Positions 60,266 to 64,000 of a DNA stretch of 64,000 nt are shown piece after piece. The notes below the pieces were generated by a model that ran no database searches, was not told where the DNA came from, and saw only the letters and a list, made by a program, of their open reading frames with translations. How positions within the stretch are numbered: the first letter of the stretch is position 1; each line of letters starts with the position of its first letter. The position numbers were made by a program, and so were the translations under genes. This DNA comes from Nitrospirales bacterium (GTDB lineage Bacteria > Nitrospirota > Nitrospiria > Nitrospirales > UBA8639): the NCBI GenBank assembly GCA_965223295.1, contig CBDCWC010000003.1, forward strand, positions 416,001 to 480,000, read 5' to 3'.

Positions 60266-61516
60266 TTATCGGTTCATGGATTGCAAGAACTCATTGTTAT
60301 CTTTCGTTCCGCCAATCTTGTCCATAAGAAATTCCATGGCTTCCATGGTCCCTAAGGGGCTCAAAACCTTACGGAGAATCCACATCTTGTTGAGGCGGTC
60401 CCGGTCAACCAACAATTCTTCTTTTCGAGTGCCTGATTGGCTGATATCAATAGCCGGGAAGAGCCGTTTATCGGCCAACCGCCGATCCAAATGCACCTCC
60501 ATATTACCCGTTCCCTTGAATTCTTCAAAAATGACATCGTCCATCCGACTGCCGGTATCAACAAGGGCGGTAGCTAAAATCGTGAGGCTTCCGCCAAACT
60601 CAATATTACGGGCTGCCCCAAAAAACCGCTTCGGTCGTTGCAGAGCATTGGAATCTAACCCTCCAGACAGCACTTTTCCACTTGGAGGGGAAATCGTATT
60701 ATAGGCACGAGCTAGCCGAGTGACACTATCCAGTAAAATGACGACATCCCGCTTATGTTCAACTAAACGCTTGGCTTTCTCCATGACAATTTCAGCAACC
60801 TGCGCATGTCGCTGAGGTGGTTCGTCAAAGGTTGAACTAATGACTTCGGCTGCTTTGACCTGTCGTTGCCAATCAGTCACTTCTTCTGGCCGCTCATCAA
60901 TCAATAGCACGATCAGCACAATTTCGGGATGATTCGCAATGATGGAACGGGCCACGGCCTGTAATAACATCGTTTTTCCCGTACGTGGAGCCGCCACAAT
61001 GAGTCCCCGTTGGCCTTTCCCAATAGGCGTGGTCAACTCCATGACCCGGGTACAGTATTCTTCCCGATCAAATTCTAAATTGATGCGTTCTTCAGCATAC
61101 AGGGGCGTCAAATTATCGAACAAAATTTTATCGCGCTGAACTTCCGGTTCATCGTAGTTGATTTTCTCAACTTTTAAGAGTGCAAAATATCGCTCGCCAT
61201 CCTTCGGCGGCCGAATTTGCCCAGAAACGATATCCCCAGTTCGTAAATTAAACCGGCGAATTTGTGAGGGAGAAATATATATATCATCAGGTCCAGGAAG
61301 ATAATTGGAGTCTGGCGCACGGAGAAATCCAAATCCATCGGACAGGGTTTCCAACACACCCTCACCAAAAATCACGCCATTTTTTTCACTCTGCCCTTGA
61401 AGGATGGAGAAAATAAGCTCTTGCTTGCGCAAATTCGGGGCGCCATCGATCTTCAGCCCCCGGGCTAAATCATTTAACTCTCCAATAGACTTTTGCTTCA
61501 GTTCAGCAAGATGCAT
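60266..61516 (-). CDS. rho: Transcription termination factor Rho
   Basis: [49 protein letters not shown]; start at MHLAELK. Confidence 0.98.
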   Translation of the reverse strand: MHLAELKQKSIGELNDLARGLKIDGAPNLRKQELIFSILQGQSEKNGVIFGEGVLETLSDGFGFLRAPDSNYLPGPDDIYISPSQIRRFNLRTGDIVSGQIRPPKDGERYFALLKVEKINYDEPEVQRDKILFDNLTPLYAEERINLEFDREEYCTRVMELTTPIGKGQRGLIVAAPRTGKTMLLQAVARSIIANHPEIVLIVLLIDERPEEVTDWQRQVKAAEVISSTFDEPPQRHAQVAEIVMEKAKRLVEHKRDVVILLDSVTRLARAYNTISPPSGKVLSGGLDSNALQRPKRFFGAARNIEFGGSLTILATALVDTGSRMDDVIFEEFKGTGNMEVHLDRRLADKRLFPAIDISQSGTRKEELLVDRDRLNKMWILRKVLSPLGTMEAMEFLMDKIGGTKDNNEFLQSMNR

Positions 61517-62042
61517 AAGATGACTCCATTCGTTAACCGGAAGGATTTCCTGGTAGATGCGATTGGGAAACAGCATTGGGAAGGAAACACAAGTGATTGT
61601 TCATGTTTCAAGAAAATTGACATTTTGGATTCGTAATAGTATGGATGGCTTATGAAAAGGGAAAAAGCTTCCCTCGGGTCACACACATCATTTTTGGCCC
61701 ATATTTGTTTCGTTAGGAAGAATGTTCAGAACAGCTGAGGAACCACACTTGTCAACGGCAGCCGTGACGTCCTATCTACGATTTGAGTTAAAACTAATTC
61801 AGTCCGGGAAGTTAATTAGGCAGATATAGCTTTTAAAAATAGTGGGCAGGTCTTGTTACCTTTTCTATCTCACACATGAATAATTTGTCAATAGCTTTGT
61901 TGTCGGAAGCCCTCAGAAAAAACTTTAGCCTCAAGAAACTGTCAAAGGTTTTTTGATGTCGGAGATATGGTTGGCACCCTTCTGCATATTATGGTAAACC
62001 ATCCCAACGCTAATTGAAAGCTCAACGAAAGGATCCTTTTCC

Positions 62043-62459
62043 ATGTCTGAATCAGGGTTTCCTTTTTCCAGCGAACGAATCTTCACACTTTCCGAAGCCA
62101 ACGCCTTAGTCCCAGAACTTGAACAACATTGGACGTCTATTAAGCAGGGCCGCCAAGTTCTTATTGATACTCGAGAAGAAGTCAAAAAAGCCAGCGCCCA
62201 GGCGTCTGTTGGGGGAGGCACGGTAGAAGGTGTCAAATATATCAAAGGGTTACAGGATATCAACGGCAGCCTCCATGCTATTCAAGAACTGGGGGTCGTT
62301 ATCAAGGATGCTGAAATTGGACTCTGTGATTTCCCCTTCATGCTCAATGACAAACTTGTATTTTTATGTTGGAAGTCTGGAGAAACTCAGGTTCGGTGGT
62401 GGCATGATATCGATAGTGGCTATGCTAACCGACAACCCATCGATGAGCCAGAATCCTAA
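62043..62459 (+). CDS. DUF2203-family protein
   Basis: FTLSEANALVP, GVVIKD..IGLCDFP, LCWKSGE..V.WWH....GY..R.PI. Confidence 0.85.
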   Translation: MSESGFPFSSERIFTLSEANALVPELEQHWTSIKQGRQVLIDTREEVKKASAQASVGGGTVEGVKYIKGLQDINGSLHAIQELGVVIKDAEIGLCDFPFMLNDKLVFLCWKSGETQVRWWHDIDSGYANRQPIDEPES

Positions 62460-62585
62460 AAACTTCTTCTGTCTCATACCCCCAACATCCTCGTTCAAAA
62501 ATTGCCGTACTTCCGAAGTGATTTTCGCGGGGAATACTCACCTGACGCCTGCATCCTAAATAATCTCATAGAGAAGCCACGAGCC

Positions 62586-62858
62586 ATGAAATTCGTCATT
62601 TTGGGAAAGGATGGTCCAAATGGAGCCCTGAAACGGCCTTTGTACCGCGAAGCCCACCTTCAACGACTGACACAATGGGCGCAACGGGGAAAAATCATTT
62701 TAGCAGGACCTTTGACCGATCAAACAGGAAGTTTAATCGTGGTTGAAGCAGATTCGCTGGAAGAAGTTCAAGCCTTTGCTAATGAAGATCCCTATATGCT
62801 TCATGGGGTGTTTCAAGAGATGACGGTCCATCCTTTCAAACAAGTCTTTCCCGAATAA
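62586..62858 (+). CDS. YciI-family protein
   Basis: R.AHL.RL, LAGP, GSLIV, DPY..GV. Confidence 0.88.
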   Translation: MKFVILGKDGPNGALKRPLYREAHLQRLTQWAQRGKIILAGPLTDQTGSLIVVEADSLEEVQAFANEDPYMLHGVFQEMTVHPFKQVFPE

Positions 62859-62909
62859 ACTGTGTCACGTACTACCGAAACCGCGGCACCAATTCTTTTC
62901 ACCTTGACC

Positions 62910-63380
62910 TCATTTTTTTGAAAGAGCCAGCCCATTGACACATTTCCATTCTTCCGGTCGAACGGGCTGAACAGAAAGCCGAGAACCCTTTCGAAGCAAT
63001 TCCATCTTTGCCAGTGCTTTAACGGTTCGCAAATATTCCAAGGTGAGCGGTTGGGAAAACATCTTGACCAGTTTAATATCGACCAAGAACCATCGTGGGG
63101 CATCGGCTGAACTTTTTGGATCATAATACCGGCTCTTTTTATCGAAAGCATAGGGATCAGGATAGGCAGTTTTAACAACCTCTACCGTTCCAACAATTGC
63201 TGGAGGGTCGGCATTACTATGATAGAAAAACCCTTTATCTCCAACCTTCATGGACTTCAAGAAATTTCTTGCTTGGTAGTTACGTACCCCTTCCCAACAA
63301 GTTGTTTGACCAGGAGATTCAGCTAAATCTTGTATGGAAAAACTTGTGGGCTCAGATTTCAACAACCAATATTGTGGCAT
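62910..63380 (-). CDS. EVE-domain protein
   Basis: YWLLKSEP, WEGVRNYQARN, FFYHS, YYDPKS, RLSVQPV. Confidence 0.93.
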   Translation of the reverse strand: MPQYWLLKSEPTSFSIQDLAESPGQTTCWEGVRNYQARNFLKSMKVGDKGFFYHSNADPPAIVGTVEVVKTAYPDPYAFDKKSRYYDPKSSADAPRWFLVDIKLVKMFSQPLTLEYLRTVKALAKMELLRKGSRLSVQPVRPEEWKCVNGLALSKK

Positions 63381-63489
63381 GAGGCACCTGATGTTCGTGA
63401 ATGACACACAACTGAATTCTGTACAGCAAGACTCCGACAAAGATTATAGAATCCCACTCCTATGGAGTACAATCACCATTCATCATTTA

Positions 63490-63645
63490 TGGGAGTGTTG
63501 AATAGTGAAGATATCAAGGGCCATATTTCGTCAGGAAGCTATTCGCTATCAGCAGCATTGGGTCTGTTCAAAAAGTCCGCCCGCCTGTACGAATCCCTCT
63601 GGCGAAGGCAGGGAACGCTGCTGGCGGCTTTTTTCAACAGACCCA
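63490..63645 (-). repeat. Dispersed MITE-like element, copy K (shortened core with a different insert)
   Basis: GGGAGTGTTGAATAGTGAAG...GGGTCTGTTCAAAAAG...TTTTTTCAACAGACCC. Confidence 0.88.
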
Positions 63646-63699
63646 TTTATCATTTCTAGCCGGAGTTCCAACTACTCAGGCTGGTTCTAGACAATATCC

Positions 63700-64000
63700 A
63701 TGATTGATCAATTCATCACATTTGTAGACACCTGGGTTTCCCAAGAAGTATGGGTCGGGCTCATCGCCTTTTCAGTCATCGCCTTTGTGGGAACGTTGAT
63801 TGCCATTCCGGCCATCCTGATTCGTTTACCGCCGGACTATTTTCAAAACCACCACCATAAGCCCTGGTTTGCCAACCATCATCCTATCGTTCGCTTTTTG
63901 GGACTTTTGGCCAAAAATGTGGCAGGAATTATTTTTCTGTTGGCAGGCATTGCCATGTTATTTCTGCCAGGACAAGGCCTATTAACCATGCTCTTGGGCA
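63700..64000 (+). CDS. PGPGW-like membrane protein (5' part; runs off the window edge)
   Basis: Hand translation MIDQFITFVDTW...RLPPDYF...KNVAGIIFLLAGIAMLFLPGQGLLTMLLG. Confidence 0.75.
   Translation, partial: MIDQFITFVDTWVSQEVWVGLIAFSVIAFVGTLIAIPAILIRLPPDYFQNHHHKPWFANHHPIVRFLGLLAKNVAGIIFLLAGIAMLFLPGQGLLTMLLG

Noticed and set aside
16227-63645. Repeat family as a CRISPR array or integron attC array
   Set aside because: Copies are about 193 bp, kilobases apart, in both orientations and lie between housekeeping genes. There are no regular spacers, cas genes or integron integrase; the only tyrosine recombinase is XerD-like.
26769-63690. Short ORFs with similar translations (e.g. 26769-27122, 26956-27153, 29040-29432, 29173-29403, 31208-31420, 39487-39732, 43594-44007, 49252-49548, 58262-58471, 59681-59875, 63462-63690) as a small-protein family
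   Set aside because: They are read-throughs of the non-coding repeat in differing frames and strands, with no consistent start, stop or frame.

Overview
Bacterial chromosomal window of mostly housekeeping genes. Gene content and order suggest Nitrospirota (Nitrospirales-like), but that is inference only. The left part carries xerD (partial), an LpoA-like protein, an M50 protease, trpS, gap-pgk-tpiA-secG, ilvE and rplU-rpmA-obgE-proB-nadD-rsfS-bioB. An accessory patch at about 14.2-18.8 kb holds a degenerate IS3 element and three toxin-antitoxin loci: vapBC, a decayed CopG/RelE pair and mazEF. The middle holds a split ABC exporter, a class 1A pyrD, comF, an orphan mraZ with a RusA-like gene, PilZ/STAS/HDOD signalling proteins, a TPR plus 2OG-Fe(II)-oxygenase-like fusion, an IS6 next to tRNA-Arg, mtaB-miaB, a KtrB/TrkH and a class II ribonucleotide reductase (nrdJ). 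The right part is a long minus-strand run: rho-rpmE-prfA-prmC-murA-his genes-hinT-dnaG-tRNA-Ile2-zinc ribbon-rnpB-tRNA-Glu. Two signals stand out as unexplained. (1) An 11-copy, about 193-bp non-coding element has three copies of its terminal inverted repeat, 3-bp target-site duplications, compensatory base changes in its hairpins, exchangeable tail modules and nested mini-palindromes. (2) A structured leader with a terminator and a possible antiterminator lies between an NrdR-boxed promoter and nrdJ. No CRISPR array or rRNA was seen.
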